DNA from: Chiloscyllium plagiosum
Lineage: Eukaryota
Length of the DNA stretch: 64,000 nucleotides
NCBI RefSeq assembly: GCF_004010195.1
Contig: NC_057749.1
Coordinates: 17,067,750-17,131,749 of the forward strand
Direction: 5' to 3'
Under the pieces are notes generated by a model that worked only from the letters and a program-made list of their open reading frames with translations, was not told where the DNA came from and ran no database searches. A program made the position numbers and the translations under genes. Below, in pieces: positions 48,481 to 62,935 of this stretch (positions within the stretch are counted from its first letter, which is position 1; each line of letters opens with the position of its first letter).

Positions 48481-50369
48481 TCTGGAAGGCTGTTTTGATC
48501 CTCCTGGTCTCTTGGCATAGTTCATATCAATTTTGCACATCTGTAGTCTCCCATTCGAAACTAACTGTGGTATCTTCCCAGCAACAAAGTAGTGCATGTG
48601 CTGAAAATCTGAAACAAAAACAAAGTTGCTGGGGAAACCCAGCAGGTCTGGCAGATTCTGTGGAGAGAAAGCAGAGTCAACTCTTTCGGTCCAGAGACTC
48701 TCCTTCAGAACTGTGCTGGAGATATTTAACTATGTTAAACTTGTGACTTAAGTTGCCTAAATTTGTGGCTTGTTGCTGGCAAATGCATTTAAATCTGTAC
48801 TTTGCAGCCATGAGAGTATGTGCAGTTTCCTGCGTTCTAGCAATATATTCCAACTGCACGATGTGACGGTTCATCTTTTTGTGACGCACGCAGTTTTACA
48901 AAATAGCTGTTGCTTCAAATTAATTAGCACTCATTCTGATATAACATAATCTGAGCTCATCTTAAATTATAGCTGAGTGTCGATCAAGAAAGTTGTCAGT
49001 TGAAGGAATTACAATTTAACCAAAATAGAAGTACAATAAATGTTTTGTTGCTTTTTGGTTAAAAGACTTACTCCAAAGAAGTAGGAGGTGAAAAAGATGG
49101 TTCTGTCACTTTGTAATTTGAGGTGGATGGAATTGGCCTGGAATAATTGCAATTACAGCCTGTGTAGCCTGTATATTTGCACTTGTATAATCTGTTAGCA
49201 AAGGCGTATTTAAGTTTCTTATAGTTTTGTTTGACGCATTAAAAATGGACTTCCGTAGCATGTTGTCTTTCAAGGATCCACTTTGAATTTGTGTGTTTAG
49301 AGAAATTTTTTTTGAAGATTAAAAAGCAATATAATTTTTCAAGACTTATGCTAAGACTCATTCGATCATATTTTAGAATGTACCATAAAATCTTTTTTCT
49401 GAAACCCCTTCGACCATGTAGCCCAATGATAAAAAGGCTAAGGATGCTGACCTTCCAACTGAAGGTAGTGTCTGAAGAGAGGATTTTCAGTGTACCAAGA
49501 TATAATGTCTTCAACATAGTAAAACATCTCCGTGCATATTACTGGTGTCAAACATAATGTGACACTAGCCACATAAGGAGATTATTAAACCTTTGACATA
49601 TATAGGTTTTAAGGAGTTGTTTCCATTAGTTATTTAGATGGCAAGGACAAATATTTAGTACTTGCAAAAAAGAAATCATAAGTTTTTTTTACAGAAAGAT
49701 CTTCGGGCAGGTTGACGAATATGTAGTCTTCTCTGCTATAAGTAATTGCCAAGTTTTATTGAAGTAGAATTAAGATGGAAAATGAGAATCGCAAATTATA
49801 TGAAGGTTAGCAGAAAATAAATCTTTCGGTGGCAACTTTGGAGATGAACATGCAGCTATGCTGTGCTAGCTGCTATAATCTATGTTTCAAAGTTATCCTA
49901 AGCAGACATTGTTGAATATTCTAAGTCTTCCACCTTGTACAAATCGAGTTACTCTCTTTGAGACTAATTGTGTCAAAGAAAATGTAACAAATGTGCCCCT
50001 TTTTAAATTTGAGTAGGTGCATGTCTTGGCAGCTGTGTACCAAATATACTGTAATGCTTAATGTTGTATTGCATTTACAATGCATTTATGGTGTTGCTGT
50101 TATTTCCAGGGTTTGTCAGAAAAGTCATGAGGAAGTAAGGTCTTAGAGCCATGTATTTTGTTAATTTGGATTACTGCCTTTTATATTGATGTTGTGGGTC
50201 CTGAGAAAATTGTGCTTAAGGAAGGATTGGCAACTCTTAATTTTTTTTCCCCCGCAAATTAGAGTTCTAACCTTTTTAAGATGAATTAGTATATTCTTCA
50301 TGATTATCAGATTTATTGGTGGATTGACAGGAAGAAGTAACTTTTTTTCACTGATTAGAAAATCACTGT

Positions 50370-50780
50370 TGGGTGAGGAAAGGTTGGACAGGCTAGGCTT
50401 GAATTTGGAGGAGTTTAGAAGAGTAAGAAGTAACTTTATGCAAACAACATAAGAGATCCTGACGAATCTTGATTGAAGATGTGGAGAGGATATTTCCTTT
50501 TCTGAGAGAATGCAAAATTAGGGATCACTGTTTAAAATCGTGGGTCGCCTATTTTAGAACGTCAGATTAAAAAAAATTGAGAGCAGTGAGTCTTTGGAAA
50601 AGTGGAGGAAGCACAATCCTTGAATATTTTTAAGGTCGGGGTAGATGATTTTCAACAAGGTGGTCAGAGATTATTAAGGGCATGTGGTTTTGTGGTTTTG
50701 AATTTAAAATCAGTTCAGCCATGATCATCTTCAATGGTGTAGCGGCCAAGGATCTGAATTCCTGTTTCTTATTTGCATAT
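50370..50780 (+). mobile_element. Old CR1 3' fragment
   Basis: gaggaaaggttggacaggctaggcttg...ttgaatatttttaaggtc motifs. Confidence 0.7.
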
Positions 50781-53700
50781 TTGCATGGATGTTAGTTCGT
50801 GGAAATCAAGCCCTTGATATACCCAAGTCATTACAAAAATTAAAAAAAAAATTAAAATGTGCAAAGTCTACAATTTACCTGTCTGAAAGATTTGGGTTGA
50901 CCTAGTTTCTGTAATTAACAAAAACTGATCTTTATTGTACATAAATAGATTTTAACCATAGGTAAATGACTATGAATTTTTGACATATAACCCGACTAGT
51001 TAAAACTCTCCTTACGCACGTGCACACATGCGCGCATACAGGGAAAGAAAAGCTATTATGGATGGAGGAGAAATAAACATACAAAGACACATCTAACGTA
51101 GGCATAGAATCTCAAAATCCACAGTTGAATTTAATTAGAGACCATGTATGTCACAATCTGAAAATGTTCTCACAACAATTCCAATGTTCAGACTAGTGGA
51201 TACTGGATTCTGGTACTTACATTAGACGTGTCATTGTTTTTTTGATTTCAATTAGAATTGGATGAAAGGGAAAAAATAAGGGTTGGGAAAAAAACATTGA
51301 ATATCTACAACTCATTTCACAAGCTTAGGATTTCTCAGTGTAGCACAATGAAGTAGAGTCACTCCAGAAGCACTTTGAAATATAGTCACTCAAGTAATGT
51401 GGAAAATCAAGTAGCTATTTGAATATATTAAGCTTCCATAAACAGAATTCAATAATGATCAGATCTGTTTATGTCATGTTGACTTGAAACATTAGTATTG
51501 AACAGGACATGCTGGTACAGAATCTCAAAATTCACAGTTGAACTGCTTTAATTGGAGACCATGTATGTCACAACATGAAAATGTTTGCACGACAATTCCA
51601 ATGTTCAGTGGATACTGTGATTCTGATACTTGAGAACTTCTGTACTCTTCTAAATAGTGCTGCACTGTGCTGAAAATACATGGAGTGAGAATTTGCCATC
51701 AAGATTATCTGGAAAATTCAGTCATGGGGATGACCAATTAGAAAAATTTTGCCTCTGTAAGTGGGATTGACAGAATTGGTGAGGACCTGTTCCTCCAATC
51801 ATAGGCGTTATTCTCTTACATTTGTTGCTGGTAACAAATGTGGATTAGGTGTGATTAGAGCAACAATGAACAGTGTGGAGGGTGATTAGCGGCAGTGAGC
51901 AAGGCTGCTGGTCGAGGAAATGTTGGACTGATGAGCTGCTACATGAAGGTAAGGGCCCTAGAGCCATTGGGGTGGGGGTGGTAAGGTTTGGGGAAGGAGC
52001 TATGCTATGGTCAATGGTTGCTGCAAAGGCAAATCTAAACCTGTCAACAAAGAAAAATTTAACTGACTAGAAACCAAGAGAACTTGAAGTAACTGAGATA
52101 AATACATTGCATGTGAATATGGAGTCTCTTAAAGTTAATAAGTTCAGAAGTTACAATATGGGGAAAATTTCATGAATGTTATTGTAATGAATACTGTATC
52201 AGTTAATAATACATCATGATTTTGCATTTGTCAGATCTTAAAGCATTTCATATATTGTGAACTACTTGAAGTGTATCCATTGTGTTTTAAAGACAAACCT
52301 ACAACTATTTTATATATACTAAGACCCAAGCAGTAACTATATTTATTTTTATGGTACCTTTTATAACCTTGGCTCAATCTAAAGTGCTTTGCAGTCATTA
52401 AAATCCTGTGGAAGTGGAGTTGCTATTGTAAGGAAGGAAATTGTAATTGGGTAAATGTGCAATTAATTTAGGTGACCCCAGGACTGGAGGGCTTAATCCA
52501 CAAAAAGCTCTTTTGCGAATAAAATTAGGCAATACTTCCAAGTAGGACGGTAGAAGTTTAGCAATTTCTTTTGTATACTAGATCAATATCAAAGCTAGAC
52601 CAGTTGTTAAATTTAAATCTGACTGGGATTGACATGCAGTAATCAGATGCAAATGACCTCACCAGTCTGTGGAATGCATGTTTTGAGTGATGGGTGTCAA
52701 ATCGTCCATTTATGTTTTAGGTATTTTCTAATTGGTCTGTTGAGAAATGTTTTTCATTATACACCTGTGGCGCAGGTTGGACTTGAACTTGGGTATCCTG
52801 GCTCAAAAGTAGGAATGCTTTCACTATACCACAAGAGTCCCCACGTTTTGCTGCTATTTATGCCAGTTGTAGTATCCAAACATAAATATTGTGGTGTGTC
52901 AAAAATAAATGCTTTCTTTGTGTGTTGTGGATTTAAGTTTCCTGAATTTTAATTCTTTGGTGTGACTGCATGTTCCAGAAATAGAGGTAATGTGTACTAC
53001 ATAACCTAATGAAGGAGTTGTTGAGAGTGAAGAAGGCTTTCTGAAAGCTTAAAAGCTACCTAGAAAATCAGAAAGTAAGCCTTGAAAAAGGATCAAGAGC
53101 AGCCTTGGTGATGGTGACAGTTATTTTCATCCCTGGTGCTGTAGGACATCTTGCATGCACGTGAAATGGCACCATCAGTCTCATCAGAAAAAACAGTAGC
53201 TCTGACTATCGTTGCTCTTTCAGTATTGCATCCCAGCCTTGGTTTTGAACTGAAATCCTGGAATGGAGCTTGAATCCGTAACTTCTGATGCAGAGGTAGG
53301 AGTACAGCCACCTGAACAACAGGTGATAAGTGAGTGCTATATGTTGTTGAGAAGAACATTGTGAAATCTTAATTATGCTAAATATTCATTGAATATTATT
53401 TGTATTGCTGTAACAGTATAAACTATTCCTTCCATACACTAAACACTGTAATCCTTTATTAACCCTTTGTAAAATGGCTTCTGTCATGCTCAGAATGGGG
53501 AGATTTGGTCAAGGTCTCTGTACTTTCCCAGTCCAATATTATGAAAAGTTTTTGTACAGTATAATGTATGGTATTTTGAAATTTTTTTCCAACATTATAC
53601 TCATGCTGTCAATCTTTCATAGAGTTGTTAGCCCAAAAGTGAGTTTGAGATTACTGTTAGAATTTGAAGTTCTAACTCATCATTTTGCTTTTGTTGCATT

Positions 53701-54954
53701 AAGCTGACTTACTCACAAGCAACTTTGACTGTGTTTATCTGAATGTGAGAGAAACATCCAGCAGGTTGCGTACCTCCAAATGTTGGTTGTGTCGGGAAAG
53801 AAAATTTTGAGTTCTGGGACATCTCAATAAATTGTAGATAATTACAAGTAAATCATTAGTGCTAGGCACGATTTGAGCTGATGGATTGGAAGTAGCTGGA
53901 AGAATACTGGTACAACTGCAAATATTTTGGCTGACGTATACATTTTCCTGTGTATTTTTAGTGTAGTAAACAATCCTAAAGACTATTGTATATGGTGTTC
54001 TCATAGTTTAGAACTCAATTGTCTTCAGATTATATTAAATAGTTGGGTTTTTTCATTGGGTAGTTAATGTTTATGTTGTGATTTAATGATAGATGGTATT
54101 TTGTGCGCAATTTTAAGTCTGAATTCTTTTTGTCCAAGCAGCAACAATTTTATTATTTCAGTGTCGGAGCAAATATTTGGTTTCCAATGTTCTGATCCTT
54201 CCATATTCTCTTTAGGTGCATAGAGGTAGATAAGCACTAAAGTGAAACAAAAGGTTTGCAATGATGGTGTTGGAACTAAGAACATATTTATCAGGAAAAT
54301 CAGAACAGGCTCAGCAGGTTCTTTTTCTTATGAAAGAGAAGACTAAGGTAACCTGGTAAGACCTTCTGGAGGCTAGACTTATTGGGAGTCCACATCTATA
54401 GGACGTACGTATGAAAAAAAGGTTATTAACAAATCCAATATGAAGTTGAGGTGCAGAAAATATTCATGAAGAGAACATTAAGAATATGGAAATTGTGGAT
54501 TGGTCTAATGCAAATAGAGTAGGTGCAATGAATGTGAAGCTAGATATGTAATGAGGAAGAAAAGAGCAGAAGGATATATTGATAGGATAAGATAAAATAA
54601 AAATAATAGGGCCTTCCTGTTAAGCATAAATACTAACATAGTCGACCAGTTAAAATAGGTGACTTATTCCTTGGAGGTAAATTTCTATCTGCGTACTGTA
54701 CTCTGTTTTAAAGCTTTTTTGTAAAATATGTTTGTTGACCTGTTGCCTTTTATTTTCAGTGTTTTAGTTTTCATGTTGCAGTATTATCTTTTGTGCTAAT
54801 TAAATATTTTTTTAAGTGAGCAAAGCGAGTTTGAACTGTAGTTTTTTGTTGCAAGTCCTTAGACATCCAGAACAGTGTTTTTGTGGTCAGTTGATAGTAC
54901 ACTCATCTCTTAAGTCATACGGATGTGGGTCAAAGTTCCATTGTGAATATTCGA

Positions 54955-55255
54955 GCAGGATGGTAGCTCAATGTTGAGCACTACTACCTCACGGTTCCAG
55001 GGACCCAGGTTTGATTCCAGTCTTGACCGACTGTAAGTGTGGAGTTTGCACATTCTCCCCCATGTCTGCATGGGTTTCCTCCCATACCCGAGAGATGTGC
55101 AGATTAGGTGGATTGGCAATGGTGAATTGTGCATAGCGTCCAGAGACATGCAGAATTATGGGGATAAGGTGGGGCTATGGGTAGGATGCTCTTCAGATAA
55201 TTGGTGCAGATTTGATGGGCTGAAAAGCTTCTTTCTGCACTGTAGAGATTCTATG
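54955..55255 (+). mobile_element. HE1-like SINE
   Basis: ggtagctcaatgttgagcactactacctcac...gtgtggagtttgcacattctcccc. Confidence 0.78.
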
Positions 55256-55379
55256 ATTGAAATATAAAAATATGATTGCAGTGAATGTGAAAAATCCCAA
55301 GGCAGCATTTTGAAGAACAGTGAGTGTATTCTTTGTTGTCTTGGCTGATATTTTCCCTCAACCGATGTCTGTGAATTGT

Positions 55380-56095
55380 AAAAAGCAAGCGTCTAAGTTT
55401 CATGGGCAATAGAGAAGGCAAATGGAATGTTGGCTTTTATTTCAAAGCGAATGATATATATATTCTTGATGAAGGCTTTTTGCCCAAAACATCCATTTTC
55501 CTGCTGCTCGGATGCTGCCTGACAACGTTGTGCTTTTCTAGCACCAATCTAATCTTGACTATAGTTTTGCTAGAGTTATAGAAGATTTTAGTTGGACCAC
55601 ACCTGGAATATGTAAACAGTTTTGTGCCCCTTTTCTAAGGCAAAATACACTGCCATTGGAAGCAGTCCAGTGAAGGTTCGTTAGTCTGATACTAGGTATG
55701 GAGGGACTGTCTTACCAGGAGAGATTGAATGGGCTGTATGTATTGGAATATAGAGAATGTGTGGGGTGGGGGAAGAAGGACCTTACTGAAACTTGTAAGA
55801 TCTTTAGTGAACTTGACAGACTAGATAGGGAAAGATTGTTTCCTCTTGTGGGGAAGTCGAGAACCAGAGGGCATGATCTCAATAAGGGATCGCACGTTTA
55901 TGATAGGGATGAGGAGGATTCAAGTATATTCAGGGCTGAGGTGGACAGATTTTTAATCAAGAAGGGAATCAAGGGTTATGCAGAAAAGACAGGAAAGTGG
56001 ATTTGAGTATTATCAGAATAGCCATGATCTCATTGAATGGAGTAGACCTGGAGGGCTGAATGGCCTACTTCTGTTCTTACATCCTATAGTCTTAT
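55380..56095 (+). mobile_element. CR1 3' fragment with a small family A PLE insertion at ~55462-55559
   Basis: CR1 motifs (MEGLSYQERL..) interrupted by attcttgatgaaggctttttgcccaaaacatcc...gatgctgcctgac. Confidence 0.78.
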
Positions 56096-56664
56096 CATTT
56101 TTAAAAAATGATTTGATTTGGTTATTACTATACCTTTTAATTTATGGTAGTTAGTCTGCAAATTTGGTCCTGGCTTTCTACATTAAAACAGTAACTATAC
56201 CTCAAAAAGTACTTCATTGATTGCAAAGTACTTTAGGGCATCCTGAGGCTGTAAAATGCAGCATACTCCATTCTTGCTCATATAGTTGACACTGTTAATC
56301 TGTTTTCCAGATACACACAGCCTTCCCAGCTATTGTTTATTGTTGAAAGTTAGTGATCACTTGAATTGTAAGAAAAGGATCTTGAAAAAATGCATGGTAG
56401 CATATGATTTTTAAATTGTTTCCTTTATGAAACACAAGAGCAACCTGATGAGGTAGAGAATTGAGTATTGATCTATGATTCTGTTTCCAGACGAGTTTTT
56501 GGTTAAATTCTAAATAAGTTCCTTTAACATTGCTCCTGTGGAGAAGGCGTTACTTTTCAGCATCTGTGCAGCATTTTTCTCCTCTCCTAAAATTTTGTTT
56601 GTATTTATAGTTTTCTTTCAGTTTGTGCTCTCTCCTGTCTGGAATGCTTTGACTCTTGTCATGG

Positions 56665-56904
56665 TACAGATCCATTGAGCTGAAAATGTGTTGCTGGTAA
56701 AGCACAGCAGGTCAGTCAGCATCCAAGGAACAGGAGAATCGACGTTTCGGGCATAAGCCCTTCATCCTGATGAAGGGCTTATGCCGAAACGTCGATTCTC
56801 CTGTTCCTTGGATGCTTACTGACCTGCTGTGCTTTACCAGCAACACATTTTCAGCTCTGATCTCCAGCATCTGCAGACCTCACTTTCTCCTACAGATCCA
56901 TTGA
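56665..56904. mobile_element. Palindromic PLE-derived insertion (family A) with ~90-bp arms and exact 14-bp TSD
   Basis: Arms 56677-56766 and 56769-56857. TSD tacagatccattga at 56665-56678 and 56891-56904. Confidence 0.9.
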
Positions 56905-58999
56905 TTAAATTGGACCCAATAGCAACCCACAGCAAGCATTATTCTTTGGGTCTCGACCGTGAATGTTGACCATTTATTTCACTGTGGATTGAATGGAACT
57001 CTGCTGGTACATGAGCATTCTTGTTTCAGTATTACTGCGTTAAGTGTAGCCCTGAAAGATGCCTACTGTTTACTGGCTCCATCACTGAATGCTAAAAAAT
57101 GACGGGTTGTTGAATATCCGACTTTAGGAAAGAAACTAAAGCAATGTCATTATATGTTCTTGATGAATAATATACCACAGAAAAGATGTTTTTGCCTAAA
57201 CGCTTTATGCAGTGTTTTTGTTTCCAAATATTTAAAATGACCATTTTCCAAAAGAATGTTATCGTAGGTTAGCTATTTTTATTTTGGCATTTGTTCCTTA
57301 GCCCTTAAATGTGGAGTGATCTAAAACTTATGAATTTCTTTTGTTCACGGGATATGGAGCCTATGTTTTGCTCGTTCTGATTTGCCCTGAAGAAGCTTGT
57401 GGTGAGCTGCTAACTTGAATTGCTGCAGTCCATGAGGTGACCACATTGAAGGTCATTGATGAAGCAGCTGAAATGATTGTGCTGAGGACACAGCCTTGTG
57501 CGACTCCTGCAGTGATACTCTTGTCCTGAGATTATTGACCTTCAACTACAGCCATCTTCCTTTGTGCTAGGTATAACTGCAATAAGTAGAGATCTTTCCC
57601 TTTCATTCCCATTGATTTCAGTTTTGTCGGGGCTCCTTGATGATATACTTGGTTCAAATGCAGTCACAATCACCAAGCACCATTCAGATATGTATTGAAT
57701 CCGTAATTTATTGGATAGGTGGCAGTTACAACAGTCTAGTTAATTGATTCAGTGCAGAATTGCACTATTAAATTGAGGGAATATTCTCTCGCTTTCTTCT
57801 CAGCAATTTTCTAATCTTTGCCCTGCACCTATTAACACTGGTGGGTTCGAGCAGACACCAGCAGTCTTCTGTACACTGATATCACTGGATGACTAATTCA
57901 GAGGCTGAAGCTAATGCATTCGGAACATGGGTTCAAATTCCACCATGGCAGCTGTTGGAATTTAAAATTCATTAATAAATCTAAAATTGAAAGCTGATCT
58001 CCATAATGGTGACTATGAAACTAAAATTCGATTATTGTAAAATAAAGGCCCATCTGGTTTACTCATGTCCAATAGGAAAATAATTCTGCTGCCTTACTTG
58101 TTCAGACTAATACATGTGATTCCAGACCCACAGCAATGTGTTTGACTTATAATTGCTGTCTGAAATGGCCTAGCAAGTTGTGCAGTTGAGAGGCAATTAG
58201 TCTGGGCAATAAATGTTGACCTTGCTGAACATGCCGCTATCCCATGATAGAATAAAGAATTTCAAAAGCCATATCAAAAAGGTAAAGTGACCAACTGTTT
58301 AACTGTCAGGGCATCCCCAATCCAATTCATATGCTTTCCATTGGGGATTACTGGTCACTGATCTTGGTAGGAATTTCTAATGACATTTCCATTTATTGTA
58401 CAGGCAAATTTTGGTATCTCTGTCTTTGATCAATTGACTCAGACTGGGGATGGATTCTAGGACATTGTATTGTCTGTGAAGCAGTACAATATTGGACAGT
58501 GCACAATTAAACTGAATGAGGAAGAAACTTTTTGAGTACCAGGATCTCAAACCCAAGACTGAGGATATGACTTAGCAGGCAGCAGTGATCCCTGTCCCCA
58601 ATATTATTTGGAAACTTAAACACCCTATTGCAGTTATTGGAGATGAACCGTACCAATGTTGCCGTCACAAGATCCTCCAAGTTGAGTGGCAAGGAAGATG
58701 ATATGACAGCAACTTCCTGTTCCAAGACAACATGCCCAACATAGAGGCACTAATTGCTCAACTCAGTTCCAGTTAATGTCACTCATATCCTGATAGCAGA
58801 CATCTGTACTCTGATTTGTTCAAGAGGATAATTGGAAAACTTTAGAAATGATTTCAAGACATTTGTGAAAGGATCCACATTGTGACTGCCATAGCAGTTT
58901 TAAGATCGTACGTTGGCTTTATTAGTTAGCTACAAAACACATCCAATTGGGGTGGAAGCAATTCATCCTCAATTCCGAGAAGGTAGATCAGAAGAGAAG

Positions 59000-60385
59000 G
59001 TGAAATTGACTGCCACTGTTTAAAAAGGGTGGCAAGGACATGCCAGGGAACTATAGAACAGTGAGCCTGATGTCGGTGGTGGGCAAGTTGTTGGAGGGAA
59101 TCCTGAGGGACAGGTTGTCCATGTATTTGGAAAGGCAAGGACTGATTTGGGATAGTCAACATGGCTTTATGCGTGGGAAATCATGTCTCTCAAACTTGAT
59201 TGATGAGGGCAGAGCAGTCGACGTGGTCTATATGGACTTCAGTAGGGCTTTCAACAAGGTTTCCCATTGGAGACTTGTTAGTAATGTTAGATCCCGTAGA
59301 ATACAGGGAGAACTAGCCATAGGATACAGAACTGGCTCAAAGGTAGAAGATAGAGGTGGTGGTGGAGGATTGTTTTTCAGACTGGTGGCCTGTGACCAGT
59401 GGAGTGCCACAAGGATCGGTGCTGGGTCCACTGCTTTTTGTCATTTACATAGATGATTTGGATGTGAACATAAGAGGTATAGTTAGTAAGTTTGCAGATA
59501 ACACCAAAATTGGAGGTAGAGTGGACAGCGAAGAAGTTTACAGTGGGATCTTGACCAGATGGGCCAGTGGGCTGAGAAGTAGATGGAGTTTAATTTAGAT
59601 AAATGCAAGGTGCTACATTTTGGGAAAGCAAATCTTAGCAGGACGTATACACTTAATAGTAAGGTCCAAGGGAGTGTTGCTGAACAAAGAGACCTTGGAG
59701 TGCAGGTTCATAGCTCCTTGAAAGTGGAGTCGCAGGTAGATAGGATTGTGAAGAAGGCGCTTGGTATGCTTTCCTTTATTGGTTGGAGTATTGAGTACAG
59801 GAGTTAGGAGGTCATGTTGCAAATGTACAGGACATTGGTTAGGCCACTGTTAGAATATTGTGTGCAATTCTGGTCTCCTTCCTATTGGAAGGATATTGTG
59901 AAATTTGAAAGGGGTCAGAAAACATTTACAAGCGTGTTGCCAGGGTTGGAGGATTTGAGTAATAGGGAGAGGTTGAATAGGCTGGGGCTGTTTTCCCTGG
60001 AGCATTGGAGGCTGAGGGGTGACCTTACAGAGGTTTACAAAATTATGAGGGGCATGGATAGGATAAATAAACAAAGTCTTTTCCCTGAGGTGGGGGAGTC
60101 GAGAATGAGAGGGCATAGGTTTAGGGTGAGAGGGGAAAGATATAAAAGAGACCCAAGGGGCAACATTTCCACGCTGAGGATGGTATGGTTATGGAATGAG
60201 CTGCCAGAGGAAATGGTGGAGGCTGGTACAATTGCAACATTTAAAAGGCATCTGGATGGGTATATGAATAGGAAGGGTTTAGAAGGTTATGGGCTGGGTG
60301 TTGGCAGGTGGGACTAGATTTGGTTGGGATATCTGGTCGGCATGGATGGGTTGTTTCCACGCTGTACACCTCTATGACTCTATGT
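59000..60385 (+). mobile_element. Young 5'-truncated CR1 LINE, ~1.4 kb
   Basis: [46 protein letters not shown] and LVRPLLEYCVQFWSP across frameshifted ORFs. Confidence 0.95.
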
Positions 60386-60738
60386 TCTGGATTAGTGGTG
60401 CTGGAAAAGCACAGCAGTTCAGGCAGCATCCGAGAAGCAGTAAAATTGACGTTTCGGGCAAAAGCCCTTCATCAGGAATAAAGGCAGACAGCCTGAAGCA
60501 TGCAGAGATAAGCTAGAGGTGGGTGGGGGTGGGGAGAAAGTAGCATAGAGTACTATAGGTGAGTGGGGAGGGGATAAAGGTGATAGGTCGGGGGTGGGGG
60601 GAGGGTGGAGTGGATAGGTGGAAAAGAAGGTAGGCAGGTAGGACAAGTCATGGAGACAGTGCTGAGGTGGAAGTTTGGAACTAGGGTGAGGTGGGGGAAG
60701 GGGAAATGAGGAAACTGCCTCTTTGACTCTATGTACTG
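60375..60738 (-). mobile_element. PLE-derived repeat (family A) inserted into the CR1 tail, 15-bp TSD
   Basis: TSD tgactctatgt(t/a)ctg at 60375-60389 and 60724-60738. Minus-strand attcCTGATGAAGGGCttttGCCCGAAACGTC at 60448-60479. Confidence 0.85.
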
Positions 60739-60739
60739 T

Positions 60740-61320
60740 TGAGGCTGTATAATGCTCTGGTCAGAGTGCATTTGAAATATCGACAGCAGTTTTGGGGCTT
60801 GTATCCAAGGAAGGGTGTGCAGGCATTTCAGAGACTCTAGAGGAGGTTTGCCAGAGTGATCTCAGGGATTAAGGTCTTGTCATATGAGGAACAGTTGAGG
60901 ACTCTGTGTCTGTACTCGGAGTTTCGGAGAATGGGGTTGGGGGAGGATTTGGTTGAAGCTTACAAAATACTGAGAGCCTTGGATAGAGTAGATGTGGAGA
61001 AGATGTTTCTAGCAAGGGAGACTAGGACCTGAGGATACAGTCACAGAGTAAAAGGGCGACCCTTTAGAACTGAGATAAGGACAAATTTCTTCAGCTAGAG
61101 GGTGATGAATGTATGGAACTTTTGGCCACAGAAGGCTGTGGAGGCCATGCCATTAAGTGCATTTAACATAGTGATAGGTTCTTGATTGGTGAGAGGATTA
61201 AGGGTTACAGGGAGAAGGCAGGTGAATGGGTGTGAGAAACATATCGAATATGATCGAATGGCGGAGCAGATTTATGGACTGAATGGCCTAATTCCGCTCC
61301 TATATCTTATGGTCTATGGT
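60740..61320 (+). mobile_element. Older CR1 3' fragment
   Basis: tatgaggaacagttgagg...aatttcttcagctagagggtgatgaat motifs. Confidence 0.75.
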
Positions 61321-62349
61321 CACAGTCATACTAATTCAGATTGTATGTTTATGGAAGTTTTATTTTGACAGCAAATTTGTGGTCAAATAATCTGAACTAT
61401 GCAACGCTCCCTATGTTCTATGTGGACTGTGTCATTGCGTACGAAAAGTGTCTTGTTCTCACTTCTGTCATTTTCAAAGGGCAAAAGCAGTCTACGTTTA
61501 CTCCAATTTTGTTTGTAGTCGCGTACTGTTGATCAAAGAAACTGAGCAGCTGAACATATTTTTGGAGGATCTCTCTTGGTGCCTTAACATCCTGTTGAAG
61601 GCACATCCTGTGAACACTGGGTGTGTAATTGAAATAGCTCCTCTCCATTGTTGGGTATGTGACGGTGACACATGATCTAATTATAGCAACAAGAACAGCA
61701 CTTAATAGGGCCATCCAAAAATGTCTAACAACTTCCGGTTGGAAAGTATTCTGGTTAGATGGGTCAGAAATGCAGCAGCTTTTTTTTCTAAGCACACTTC
61801 TTATTTATAAGTGGGCCAATTTCTTCATCATTTTCTCTCATTCGGTCCTCGCTGATTACGTGATTTCCTGTCCCATTGTCACTCTACCAACTCTTTCTGT
61901 TCTTAATTCAGTCAATTCAAAAACTTGTCTTTGTCCATAGTCTTTTTGTCTCCGTTGAAGAAAAGTGAGAACCAAGGCAAAATGTTTATTAAATTTAGAA
62001 AATTCACCAGTTGATACTGTTAAATGTTACGACATGACCAAATAACATGAGCTTCCCTTTCCTTATATTCACAATACTGTAAAGTTCAAATACTCAGTGA
62101 CCCTCAAAATTGCCCCAACAGTTCCTAACCAAAACAAGACTGTGAGCAACTGATACCAGACAGCAAACTTGGAGCTTAAACAAAATCATTTATCAATAAT
62201 AAACTAGCAGAACAAAGTAAAACAAGATAATCTAATTAATATTTATGATTTAAACCCAATCTTTTTAGATTCTAACTCCCACTGTCAAAAACAGACTGAA
62301 AAACGGACACAGTTAAGGGATAAAAGTGACAATGCTATCACTTTGAGGT

Positions 62350-62935
62350 TATTTTGTCCTTTATTTTGAAGAGAGGTTGTAAGGCAGAGGTGTTGAGCTG
62401 GCTACTGAAGACCACTTGAGTGGACAGCAAATGAGGCCTTGGGTTTTTTTAATGCAGCCTGAATGGGGGTGGCCAGCTTTCTCAGATTAGGATTTCTTGG
62501 TTTTGGTTTTTCAGTAGCGTCAAAGCTATTGGAGTCTCAACGGAATTGGAAGCTTCAATGAAAGTCTCCTGGCTGCTATTCTCTCTGAATGTTCTCTTGC
62601 TGTTGTTTTCCCCCCTGGATGGGAGAATTGCATGTGAGAATCTGTGTCTGAATTTACCTTTTTGCCATGGGGTGTGTTTATGGGATGTTACTAAATTGGA
62701 ACAGTTAATTAGGAATGTTACTATATCTGTGTTCCAATAGAGTTGTTATTGTAAATTCCTCTTTTGTTGTACTTTAACTACAGCGTTTAAATAAAATCAA
62801 TTTTGTTTCACGTCGAGTAGTTTGACCAGTTACATTGCATCTGGAACAGACATTACATTTGCCTTTAAAATAAGAAAAACTTTAGGTCTAAGCTACCACA
62901 TTAAATATTTTGAGTGTCTGGTCTGGTCTATAAAT
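62350..62935. mobile_element. Possible LTR-derived repeat
   Basis: LTR-like composition with AATAAA near 62790. Ends and TSD not resolved. Confidence 0.3.

Noticed and set aside
46972-48597. 541-aa and 393-aa minus-strand ORFs and 229-aa plus-strand ORF
   Set aside because: Products of the 39-bp (multiple of 3) array; several frames are open at once and no domain is recognisable.
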